From NCBI GenBank assembly GCA_041750285.1, contig JBGSZS010000002.1:64001-128000 (forward strand): a stretch of DNA of 64,000 bases, read 5' to 3'. Shown in pieces: positions 55,815 through 64,000 of this stretch. How positions within the stretch are numbered: the first letter of the stretch is position 1; every line of letters starts with the position of its first letter. The notes beneath the pieces were generated by a model. The model had not been told where the DNA came from. It made no database searches and saw only the letters and a list, made by a program, of their open reading frames with translations. A program made the translations under genes and the position numbers. The DNA is from Candidatus Fermentibacteraceae bacterium (GTDB lineage Bacteria; Fermentibacterota; Fermentibacteria; Fermentibacterales; JCC-6).

Positions 55815-56692
55815 CGGCTTTTCCACCATCACTTTCAAGACGCCTCTGGGGGAGGTCCTTCGATTCACCGATCATCCTTGCCGGCGGAACGGCCGGGTTC
55901 GGCGCAGAGCTTTTCGTGACCGACGGGGGCTGTTTCGGCGGAGTCGCCGCCGTGGTGTCCAAATCCGTCACGCTCAATCCCAGGGCCGGAAACGAGCCTC
56001 CCCGGATACAGGAGACCGAATTCGGTCTTCTGAATTCGATAGGCCTTGCGAATCCTGGTGTTTACTCTGTTGTCAGTCAGGTACTTGAGAAAGCAGTTAA
56101 CATGCCGTGCCCCCTCATCGTGAACGTGGCCGGCGAGACCGAGGACGAGTTCGCCCGGGTGGTTCAGGTTCTTGAGGGGTCCCCGGTGCCCTGGGCTTAC
56201 GAGATCAACGTATCGTGCCCCAACGTGGCTTGCGGAGGGCTTCCATTCGGTTCCGACCCCGGATCGGTCGAAAGGATCGCACGCACGGTCGCGGAAGTCA
56301 CCCGGAAACCATTCTGCGTGAAACTGACTCCCAACGCCGGGAGCATCGTGGAAACGGCCGTTGCGGCACAGGAGGGCGGGGCGGCCGGGGTCACGGTCTG
56401 CAACACCTTTCTGGGCATGAAGATGGACTGGAGAACGGGAACCACGCTTCTCAGGAAGAAAGTCGCGGGCTATTCGTCCCCCGCACTCCTTCCCCTGGTG
56501 GTTGCCCGGGTGTGGCAGGTGTCCCGGGCGGTCTCCGTGCCGGTCCTCGCGTCGGGCGGGGTTGCGCGGGGCGGGGACGTGCTCGAGCTTCTTGCCGCGG
56601 GAGCGGAAATGGTCCAGGTGGGATCAAGACTGATGCGCCGCCCCCGCGCTGCACGGGAGCTGCTTCAGGAAGCTCGGGAGCTCCTGGAATGA
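55811..56692 (+). CDS. pyrD: Dihydroorotate dehydrogenase, class 1B catalytic subunit
   Basis: [36 protein letters not shown]. Confidence 0.94.
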   Translation: MTAFPPSLSRRLWGRSFDSPIILAGGTAGFGAELFVTDGGCFGGVAAVVSKSVTLNPRAGNEPPRIQETEFGLLNSIGLANPGVYSVVSQVLEKAVNMPCPLIVNVAGETEDEFARVVQVLEGSPVPWAYEINVSCPNVACGGLPFGSDPGSVERIARTVAEVTRKPFCVKLTPNAGSIVETAVAAQEGGAAGVTVCNTFLGMKMDWRTGTTLLRKKVAGYSSPALLPLVVARVWQVSRAVSVPVLASGGVARGGDVLELLAAGAEMVQVGSRLMRRPRAARELLQEARELLE

Positions 56693-57099
56693 GGCGCGGG
56701 GCCGCGGTTACCGCCGCGATCCTCCTTTTTTCGGGCTGCGTTCTAGTGTCGAGCCCCGTTTACAGGTATACCGGAACCTCGGCCCGCCAGGCCGTTACTT
56801 CCGGGCTTTCCCTCAGGGGCTACGCAAGCTGGTACGGCGAGGCCTTCCATGGCAGAAAGACGGCCAGCGGCGAGCCCTTCGACATGAACGCGCTCACGTG
56901 CGCCCATCGTTCGCTGCCGTTCGGAACCATGCTGTTGGTGACCAATACCGCCAACAGCAGAACCGTCACGGTGAGGGTCAACGACAGGGGACCCTATGTT
57001 TCCGGCCGGATCGTCGACCTTTCAAGGGGCGCCGCCTCGCGGCTCGACATGCTGGAGAGCGGTACGGTACTCGTGGACATGAAGGTGGTGGACCAATGA
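56689..57099 (+). CDS. rlpA: RlpA-family lipoprotein (DPBB lytic transglycosylase domain only)
   Basis: Lipobox [36 protein letters not shown]. Confidence 0.93.
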   Translation: MRRGAAVTAAILLFSGCVLVSSPVYRYTGTSARQAVTSGLSLRGYASWYGEAFHGRKTASGEPFDMNALTCAHRSLPFGTMLLVTNTANSRTVTVRVNDRGPYVSGRIVDLSRGAASRLDMLESGTVLVDMKVVDQ

Positions 57100-57797
57100 G
57101 CGGAATCGCCCGGGTTTTCGTCGCGGTGACAAGTGACTGCGGCAATAGCGCCACGAAGATCATTTCTCCCCTGAGGGGTCTTCCCGTCGGGATAAAGATC
57201 GGTCTGGAACTCTTCACCAGGGAGGGACCCCCGATCGTTGAGCGGGTAAGGGACCTTGGCTTCCAGGTGTTCCTCGACCTCAAGTTCCACGACATTCCCC
57301 ACACCGTTGAGGGAGCAGTGCGTTCCGCCTGCCTCCTGAAGCCCGACCTGCTGAACGTGCACGCTTCCGGGGGGACCGGGATGATGAGGGCTGCCGCCGG
57401 CGCCGCATCGGCCGGTACGAAGCTCATAGCCGTGACTGTCCTCACAAGTCTCGACTCCTCCGACCTTGCCCTTCTCGCACCGGGACTCACCCCCCGTGAC
57501 GCATCGGTCCGTCTGGCGGTCGCCGCACATTCAGCCGGACTTGGCGGCGTTGTCTGCTCCCCGCACGAGGTCGGACCGGTAAGGGAAGCCACCTGTCCCG
57601 GGTTTTTCATCATCACCCCGGGGGTCAGGCCGGCCGATTCCTCCCCCGACGATCAGAAGAGGGTGATGACGCCCCGTGGAGCGATAATGGCCGGAGCCGA
57701 CTCGCTGGTCGTGGGAAGGCCCGTCACAGGCGCTCCCGACCCCCGGCGTGCGGCCCTCGATATCCTGCGTGAGGTCGAAGAAGCCCTTCAGGGCTGA
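57096..57797 (+). CDS. pyrF: Orotidine-5'-phosphate decarboxylase
   Basis: [50 protein letters not shown]. Confidence 0.95.
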   Translation: MSGIARVFVAVTSDCGNSATKIISPLRGLPVGIKIGLELFTREGPPIVERVRDLGFQVFLDLKFHDIPHTVEGAVRSACLLKPDLLNVHASGGTGMMRAAAGAASAGTKLIAVTVLTSLDSSDLALLAPGLTPRDASVRLAVAAHSAGLGGVVCSPHEVGPVREATCPGFFIITPGVRPADSSPDDQKRVMTPRGAIMAGADSLVVGRPVTGAPDPRRAALDILREVEEALQG

Positions 57798-57800
57798 CTC

Positions 57801-59732
57801 ATGATATCCCCCGCGCTTTCCATCGTCCGGACGATCATCGTCACTGTTGCCGTGCTGGCGATGCTGACGGTTGTTTCATCGGTCCTTGTGCACGGCATGA
57901 CTGTCCGTACGCTCTCGAGACTCGACGCGGGGGTTTCGGTTGCCCGGGTGACCGCCACGCCGGAAGCCATTCTTCTGACAGGTGTGTCCTTCCCCGCAAG
58001 GGGCGTCCGGGCCGATTCGGCCTGGGTGCTTCTTGACGGTTTTCCGCTGGCCCTCGAGGCCACGGGCGTCGTGATGACTGACGTCACAGTCCTTCCTGTC
58101 ACGCGGCAAGGGTCGGATCCCCCGGGGAGGGGTCCCGAACCTGGCGCTCCACCGGTTTCCATTCTCAGCGGGACCCTTGTTACGGACGGGCAGGAGAGCG
58201 ACCTGTTCGCCCGGTACGATTCGGGCGTCATCGTCTTCGACCTGGCAGGTCCCTGGGGCCGGGCCTGGGGAGAACGGAGCGACGGCGGCGGTATTTCCGT
58301 GGTTTTTCGCGACTGTACGGGATTTCCGGGAACACCGGGCCTTCCAGGCATCCTTGAGGGTAACTCGTTCTGCGGGGTCGCCAGGGGACGACAGAACGGA
58401 AGGGATGCCACTCTCAGCGGAGCATTCACCAGTTTCAACGGCCGTCCGGTGAACATGTCCTTCAACATGGAGATGGTTCAGGGAAGGCCGGGGTTCGAGA
58501 TAGGCTCGGATTTCAGCCAGGTGGCGCCCCAGGTCTCCGACTTCGTTTTCGGGATCACGAGGGGCGCTGTCTCGGGAGCCGAACCCGGGGGGACCTTCAC
58601 GATTGCCACCACCGGGGGTGACACCCTGTTCTTCACCTTCGACGTGTCCTTCGGAAGCCTTCGGGTCTTTCATCCATCCCTGGCGCGGGACACTGTTTTC
58701 ATCTCGTGCTCCTCCTCGGGCAGGGGATTCGTCCTGCCCTCTTCGGGCACATTTTCGGTGGATTCGGCGGCGTTTCTGCTTGGAACCGCAGGTTGCGGCT
58801 ATTCGATTCGGGGGGGATGGGGTGAAAGGCGTTTCCTGCGGCTTGACGTTTTCAACGACTCCCTTCGTGGCGAAGCCATTGCAGCCTCAGTTCCCGGACC
58901 GCTTCTTGGGAGGCTGAGGGGACTGAGGCTTTCCGGCGCCATTTCCTTCGACATCGGCCTGTTTCTCGACTGGGACCATCCCGACAGCTCCGACGTTACG
59001 ATCGACATCGACGCCTCGGGCCTGAGGGTCGATCACAGCCCGGTGAGTTTCGGGCGGCTGGCTTCCCGTTCCGGAGAAACGGTTCTCATGAGGGACAGCT
59101 GGGGAAACTCGCGGATCATCGGCCTTGATTCCATCTCCCGCCCGGGGTTCGTCCCGGTTCGAAGCTTCCCGCCGTGGCTGGAACCCCTGATCTGCGCCGC
59201 AGAGGACGGCACGTTCAGGCACCACGGCGGATTCAGCGAGTTCCATCTCCGAAACAGCATTAGGGCCGACATGAGCCAGGGAAGGTTCGTCAGGGGCGGG
59301 TCCACCCTTTCGATGCAGCTCGTCAAGAACCTTTTCCTGAGCAGGGAGAAGACCCTGGCCAGAAAGCTGCAGGAGGTTTTTCTGACCTGGCGCATGGAGG
59401 CTCACCTGAGCAAGGACAGGATCCTCGAGCTCTATGTCAACGTTGTTGAACTCGGACCAGGCGTGTTCGGCTTCGGCGAAGCGGCCGCGTACTATTTCGG
59501 GACCACCGCCGAGAGCCTTTCGGTGAGGGAGACGGCATTTCTCGTTTCGATACTTCCCGGCCCGAAGCTTTATCACAGGTTCGCGGTCGCCGGTGCGCTC
59601 CCGGGTTACTGGAACGACTACCTCGACAGGCTTGTGAACGCCGCGGCGAGCCGCACCGGCCTTGACTGCCAGGCCGCGCGTTCGGGGCTTTGTGAAAGCC
59701 TTGTGTTCGATGGGTCGGTTTCGGGTATCTGA
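57801..59732 (+). CDS. Monofunctional peptidoglycan transglycosylase (GT51) with long N-terminal AsmA-like beta region
   Basis: AEDGTFRHHGG, GGSTLSMQLVKNLFL, RKLQE, SKDRILELYVN; no transpeptidase domain. Confidence 0.88.
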   Translation: MISPALSIVRTIIVTVAVLAMLTVVSSVLVHGMTVRTLSRLDAGVSVARVTATPEAILLTGVSFPARGVRADSAWVLLDGFPLALEATGVVMTDVTVLPVTRQGSDPPGRGPEPGAPPVSILSGTLVTDGQESDLFARYDSGVIVFDLAGPWGRAWGERSDGGGISVVFRDCTGFPGTPGLPGILEGNSFCGVARGRQNGRDATLSGAFTSFNGRPVNMSFNMEMVQGRPGFEIGSDFSQVAPQVSDFVFGITRGAVSGAEPGGTFTIATTGGDTLFFTFDVSFGSLRVFHPSLARDTVFISCSSSGRGFVLPSSGTFSVDSAAFLLGTAGCGYSIRGGWGERRFLRLDVFNDSLRGEAIAASVPGPLLGRLRGLRLSGAISFDIGLFLDWDHPDSSDVTIDIDASGLRVDHSPVSFGRLASRSGETVLMRDSWGNSRIIGLDSISRPGFVPVRSFPPWLEPLICAAEDGTFRHHGGFSEFHLRNSIRADMSQGRFVRGGSTLSMQLVKNLFLSREKTLARKLQEVFLTWRMEAHLSKDRILELYVNVVELGPGVFGFGEAAAYYFGTTAESLSVRETAFLVSILPGPKLYHRFAVAGALPGYWNDYLDRLVNAAASRTGLDCQAARSGLCESLVFDGSVSGI

Positions 59733-59801
59733 CGGGGTTTCCCGCTGGTCTGTTGGCATTATGTTTTGTGTGCCAACCGTTCGGGAAGGGGAGGGGGTTC
59801 C

Positions 59802-60833
59802 ATGGCTGAAAGCGAAGCTTACGAGCTCGAACACCAGGGCGAAGTGCACAGGGCCCGGGATTTCGATGTTCTCCTGAAGTGGGCGGAAGACCTTAGAATG
59901 AGTGTTTCCGACCGGTTCAGACCTGCCGGCACGGAGGACTGGACACCGGTGATGCAGGATCCCCGTTTGAAGGCCCTTCTTTCACCCGAGAACCAGTGGC
60001 GGGTGAGGATGGCTTCGGGCGATTTCGCCGCGGGCAGTTTCGAGGTCGTCATTCGATGGGCGCGTGAAGGCAGGCTGTCCACCGACGCCGTAGTGGAGGG
60101 CCCCAGGACCCCCCCGGGCGGTGTGCTCGCATCTGCCCTGCCGGCGTTGTCCGGGCATCTCGTGGAAGCCGGAGCCGCGAACGAGAAGCTTCCGCGCCTT
60201 CTCATCGACGGCAGGATCTACCCGGCTCCCGATGTGGAGACCATCAGCAGATGGATCAGCGAATCCAGGGTACCCCTCGACGCCCAGATCTCCCTCGCGG
60301 AAGGACCATGGGAACCGGTGGGAAGCTGCGGTCTGTTCGACCTTGAGAAGTGGCCGCAGGCAGCCCTCGGGGAAACCGACGAACCCCCCGAAGCAGTTGC
60401 TCAACCGGCTCCCGCAGATAACAGGGACGCCCCGGCCGCTGTCGTTCCCGCCGCGGTCGTGCCTGAACCCGGAGTTCCGCCCGAATGTGCGGAGCGGGAG
60501 GAAACCGATGACGACGAAGAGCCCTCCGAACCGGAGGAGGACGCGCCGGAGCCGTTCCTGGTGATCACCGCGTCCGGTGTCGAGCATGCCTTCGAGGACC
60601 CTGCCGAGATCATCCGCCTTCTTCGCAAACGCAGGATAATGGAGTATGACGAGGTCAGGCATTCCTCACTTCCCGACGGATCCGCGAGCGTCGGCGCCCT
60701 GGCCGACCTGGTGCGGAAGAACAGGAAGGGGAAAGGTCTGGGGTGGCGCATCGCAGCAGGATTGCTTCTCGCTGCCGCCGGCGTCTACCTCGCCGACACA
60801 TTCGGTCTGATAGAGGTTCCATGGCTTCCGTGA
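59802..60833 (+). CDS. Tail-anchored protein with four GYF_2-like repeats and an acidic linker
   Basis: Repeats such as LLKWAEDLRM...WTPV, VIRWAREGRLSTD, ISRWISESRVPLD...WEPV, IIRLLRKRRI; Pro/Glu-rich linker; C-terminal TM helix. Confidence 0.65.
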   Translation: MAESEAYELEHQGEVHRARDFDVLLKWAEDLRMSVSDRFRPAGTEDWTPVMQDPRLKALLSPENQWRVRMASGDFAAGSFEVVIRWAREGRLSTDAVVEGPRTPPGGVLASALPALSGHLVEAGAANEKLPRLLIDGRIYPAPDVETISRWISESRVPLDAQISLAEGPWEPVGSCGLFDLEKWPQAALGETDEPPEAVAQPAPADNRDAPAAVVPAAVVPEPGVPPECAEREETDDDEEPSEPEEDAPEPFLVITASGVEHAFEDPAEIIRLLRKRRIMEYDEVRHSSLPDGSASVGALADLVRKNRKGKGLGWRIAAGLLLAAAGVYLADTFGLIEVPWLP

Positions 60834-62101
60834 CAGATCTTCTCGCATTGAAGAGGGATGGAGGGCGGCTTTCCCCCGGGGATCTTTACGGTCTGGCATC
60901 CGGGATTGCTTCGGGTGAGGTCCCTCCGTATCAGGCCTCGGCATTCCTGATGGCGGCCTACATCCGGGGGCTTTCACCTGATGAGACCACCGCGCTAACC
61001 ATGGCGATACGTGACAGCGGCCGAGTAATGGAGTGGAGCCCCTCCCTTTCCCCTCTTGCAGACAAGCACTGCACCGGCGGTGTGGGCGACAAGGTTTCGA
61101 TCGTTCTGGCTCCCCTGGCTGCATCGATGGGGATAAGGGTGCCCATGATAAGCGGAAGGAGCCTCGGGCACACCGGGGGAACCCTCGACAAGCTTGTGAG
61201 CATACCCGGGTTTCGCGTGGACCTGTCCATGGAGAGGTTTAAAAGGCAGATCGAGGAGACTGGCGTATGCATGATCGGTCAGACCCCTGAACTGGCCCCT
61301 GCGGACGGCATTCTCTATGCTCTTCGGGACGCCACGGCCACGATCACTTCCGTCCCCCTCATCTGCGCCAGCATTCTGGGGAAGAAACTGGCGGAGAACC
61401 CGGATTTCATCGTTTTCGACGTGAAATGCGGCTCGGGCGCCTTCATGAAGACGCCGGAGCAGGCCGGGGCCCTCGCCCGGATGCTCGTTGATACCGCAGT
61501 TCAGGCCGGGAAGGGTGCCTCGGCCCTCGTCACTTCCATGAACCAGCCAACAGGCCTTTCGGTCGGAAACGCTCTTGAGGTGGCTGAGGCCATCGAAGTG
61601 CTCGAAGGCCGTGGTCCCCGGGACACGAGAGAGATAACCCTGATCCTCGCAGCCGAGATGGGCAGGCTTGCCGGTCTTTCCAGCCCTCACGAAAAGGCCC
61701 TGGAGATGCTTGACGGCGGCGCGGCGCTTCGGGTGTTCGGAAAAATGGTGGAAGCCCAGGGGGGCGATCTCGACCGCTTCAACGAGCTGGAGGGCGCTCC
61801 GGTGAGAGTTGAGATAAGGGCCTCACGCAGCGGTTTCTGGAAGGGTCCCGAGGCCCTTGTCCTGGGCGAGGCGGTACGAAGGCTCGGAGGCGGCAGGTAC
61901 AGGATGGACGATATCGTGGACCCGAGGGTTGGCTGGCTGCAGGAAGTTCCCTGCGGAACCCCGGTCGAGGCGGGCTGCCTGCTTGGCGTCGTCCACGGGG
62001 CCGACCGCCAGTCGGCCGAGCATGCCGCCGGGTCGATCGAAAACGCCTTTCAGTGGGATGCTCCTTCGGATCATCTGGTTCTTGAAAGGATTCCGGGATG
62101 A
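60821..62101 (+). CDS. pdp: Pyrimidine-nucleoside / thymidine phosphorylase
   Basis: KRDG, DKHCTGGVGDK, MISGRSLGHTGGTLDKL, LYALRD, DVKCGSGAFMK, GNALEV. Confidence 0.95.
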   Translation: MASVTDLLALKRDGGRLSPGDLYGLASGIASGEVPPYQASAFLMAAYIRGLSPDETTALTMAIRDSGRVMEWSPSLSPLADKHCTGGVGDKVSIVLAPLAASMGIRVPMISGRSLGHTGGTLDKLVSIPGFRVDLSMERFKRQIEETGVCMIGQTPELAPADGILYALRDATATITSVPLICASILGKKLAENPDFIVFDVKCGSGAFMKTPEQAGALARMLVDTAVQAGKGASALVTSMNQPTGLSVGNALEVAEAIEVLEGRGPRDTREITLILAAEMGRLAGLSSPHEKALEMLDGGAALRVFGKMVEAQGGDLDRFNELEGAPVRVEIRASRSGFWKGPEALVLGEAVRRLGGGRYRMDDIVDPRVGWLQEVPCGTPVEAGCLLGVVHGADRQSAEHAAGSIENAFQWDAPSDHLVLERIPG

Positions 62102-63801
62102 GATGGCTTGAGACCGACCAGCTGCCGGCCGTTCTGGCGCGGGACGGCATAATCACGCAGGCTTCCCTCGAAAGGTACAACAGGCTTACGGCGGGAAGCT
62201 CGGAAGACCCCATGGTTCTTCTCGTGAAGAGCGGGATCATCGGTGAGGAGGCCCTCTACAGGTACGCCGCCGAACTGGTGGGCCTCCCCTACAAGGAGCT
62301 CGATCCCCTCGAACTCGATTACGAAACGGTCACCAGCAGCCTTCCCGGCAAGTTCGCCCAGGCACACAGGCTCGTGGCCTTCAGGAGGGATGGCAACATC
62401 CTCCATGTCGCGACATGCAACGTTTCCGGCACAACGCTCGACCAGGACCTGAAGCTCATGCTGGGGCTCGAAGTTCAATTCCACATTTCCCGTCCCGCGG
62501 AGATCGAGAGGGTGATAAGGCAGTTCTACGGCCTTCACAGCAGCATAGTCGCGGCCGTGAAGCAGCTCAACGACGATGACGGCGTGGACCTCGGCAACCT
62601 GGAAAGGTTAGTGAACAGCGAGACCTCCCAGAGCATCGAACCCACCGACAAACCAGTGGTGAACGCCGTGAACCACCTTTTTCAGTACGCCTTCGAGGAG
62701 AGGGCCAGCGACATTCATCTCGAGCCTCATCGTGAGAACACCATAGTAAGGCTCCGGATCGACGGACTGCTCCACACGATCTACAGGATCCCCAAAAGGC
62801 TTCACCTGCCCATAAGCAGCCGGATAAAGATGATAGCGGGTCTCAACATCGCCGAGAAAAGACGTCCGCAGGACGGCAGGATCCGTACCCACTTCGACGG
62901 CAAGCCCGTGGAGATCAGGTGCTCCACCGTGCCGATGGCGTTCGGGGAGAAAACCGTTCTCAGGGTCCTCGACCCTCAGATACTAATGCAGGACATGTCC
63001 AATCTGGGCTTCGAACCGGACGACCTCGTGAAGTACCGCAGAATGCTTGGCGCCCCGAACGGCCTCATCCTTGTCACCGGACCGACGGGAAGCGGTAAGA
63101 CCACGACGCTCTACTCGTCCCTTACCGCCATCTCCAGGGAAACGGTGAACATCACGACAATCGAGGACCCTGTGGAATTCGTCACTGACGAGTTCAACCA
63201 GATCTCCGTCCAGAGCGCCGTCGACCTCACCTTCACCTCCGCGCTCAGACACATTCTCAGACAGGACCCCGACATCATCATGGTGGGCGAGATCAGGGAC
63301 GTGGAAACGGCAGTCAGCGCCATGCGAAGCGCCCTGACCGGGCATCTGGTGCTCAGCACCCTCCACACCAACGACACAGCCACCACGGCGGTGAGGTTGA
63401 TGGACATGGGCGTTCAGCCCTACCTTCTCATGAGCACCCTTCAGGGCATCATCGCCCAGAGGCTGGTGAGGCTTACCTGTACCGAGTGCGCGGAAAGCTA
63501 CGTGCCTGAGGATTCGATCGCCGATTCCATCGAGATCCCCCGGGGTTCCGTCCTGAAAAGGGGGGTGGGCTGCCGGGCCTGCAGGAACACTGGCTACAAG
63601 GGCCGCACTGGTGTGTACGAGGTCATGGAGATCAACGAGGCCCTGAGGATCGCCCTGGCCGAAAGGGCTCGTGTGGACGATATTCGAAGGCTGGCGGTCA
63701 GCCAGGGTATGAAAACGCTTCGGGACTCGGCCAGGCTGAAAGTGCTGGCGGGAATCACCACCCCGGAGGAGATGCTCAAGGTAACCCTTGGGGGGGAATG
63801 A
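62098..63801 (+). CDS. GspE/PilB family secretion or pilus-assembly ATPase
   Basis: ASDIHLEP, EKRRPQDGR, GPTGSGKTTTLY, TIEDPVE, LRQDPDIIMVGEIRD, TGHLVLSTLHTND, tetra-Cys motif, GYKGR. Confidence 0.95.
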   Translation: MRWLETDQLPAVLARDGIITQASLERYNRLTAGSSEDPMVLLVKSGIIGEEALYRYAAELVGLPYKELDPLELDYETVTSSLPGKFAQAHRLVAFRRDGNILHVATCNVSGTTLDQDLKLMLGLEVQFHISRPAEIERVIRQFYGLHSSIVAAVKQLNDDDGVDLGNLERLVNSETSQSIEPTDKPVVNAVNHLFQYAFEERASDIHLEPHRENTIVRLRIDGLLHTIYRIPKRLHLPISSRIKMIAGLNIAEKRRPQDGRIRTHFDGKPVEIRCSTVPMAFGEKTVLRVLDPQILMQDMSNLGFEPDDLVKYRRMLGAPNGLILVTGPTGSGKTTTLYSSLTAISRETVNITTIEDPVEFVTDEFNQISVQSAVDLTFTSALRHILRQDPDIIMVGEIRDVETAVSAMRSALTGHLVLSTLHTNDTATTAVRLMDMGVQPYLLMSTLQGIIAQRLVRLTCTECAESYVPEDSIADSIEIPRGSVLKRGVGCRACRNTGYKGRTGVYEVMEINEALRIALAERARVDDIRRLAVSQGMKTLRDSARLKVLAGITTPEEMLKVTLGGE

Positions 63802-64000
63802 AAAAGGCGTTCGTTCTCGGCATCATCGCCCTTATGTCAGGCTGCGGCAGCGGCGGGCGGTCGCAGGACACCGAGGCCGCGACACCCGATACGCTGATAA
63901 GGGTGATTCCGCGCACACCCATCGAGACGGGTCTGCTTTTCAGCAATGCGCTCCTGATGAACGACCCGGCGTGCTATGGGTTTCTCGCTCCCGTTTTCCG
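63798..64000 (+). CDS. Lipoprotein, N-terminal part (truncated by window end)
   Basis: ATG overlaps the upstream TGA; MKKAFVLGIIALMSGC lipobox; frame open to the window end. Confidence 0.75.
   Translation, partial: MKKAFVLGIIALMSGCGSGGRSQDTEAATPDTLIRVIPRTPIETGLLFSNALLMNDPACYGFLAPVF

Noticed and set aside
1..64000. Genome-wide reassignment of TGA or TAG
   Set aside because: Many conserved genes end at TAG (vorB, leuS, comM) or TGA (vorA, alr, pyrD, pyrF) at their expected C-termini, often overlapping the next start. Any recoding must be site-specific.
1..64000. CRISPR arrays, tRNA/rRNA genes, IS elements, prophage genes
   Set aside because: Intergenic gaps are short and show no spaced direct repeats, cloverleaf or terminal inverted repeats by eye; no transposase, integrase or phage motifs in the ORFs. 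Small ncRNAs or riboswitches cannot be excluded without a covariance-model search.

Overview
GC-rich (roughly 60% by eye) bacterial chromosomal window, almost fully coding, with no rRNA, tRNA, CRISPR array or intact mobile element that I can recognise. The content points to an anaerobic, peptide-fermenting diderm of the wider FCB group. Candidatus Fermentibacterota is my inference from the type IX secretion (T9SS)-like C-terminal domains and the overall gene content; I have not verified it. The window holds a vorCBA-type 2-oxoacid:ferredoxin oxidoreductase, two FadL/PorV-like barrels, a large PAS protein, leuS, a YifB/ComM ATPase, three T9SS-type cargo proteins, an EF-G paralogue, a sarcosine-oxidase/proline-dehydrogenase-like pair, alr-PDE-namZ, radC, mscS, lepB, ktrAB, and a long fba-pyrC-pyrK-pyrD-pyrF-pdp-pilB/gspE run interleaved with envelope genes. 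Three things stand out. (1) A secreted FG-GAP repeat protein (13615-14805) is split by one in-frame TGA, directly followed by a Cys codon and a SECIS-like hairpin, making it a candidate exported selenoprotein with a vicinal Sec-Cys pair. (2) Its convergent neighbour, a gingipain-like C25 peptidase (14857-17229), is split by one in-frame TAG; this could be a nonsense mutation, a sequencing error or amber read-through. (3) An apparently uncharacterised biosynthetic locus (about 31.2-44.8 kb) combines a molybdopterin enzyme of the acetylene-hydratase/catechol-dehydroxylase branch, a sugar isomerase, three radical SAM/SPASM enzymes, a B12 radical SAM, two methyltransferases, a nucleotidyltransferase and a CDP-alcohol phosphotransferase, with no convincing precursor peptide. 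Start codons were re-picked by eye from RBS and stop/start overlaps. All functional calls come from motif recognition, not database searches.
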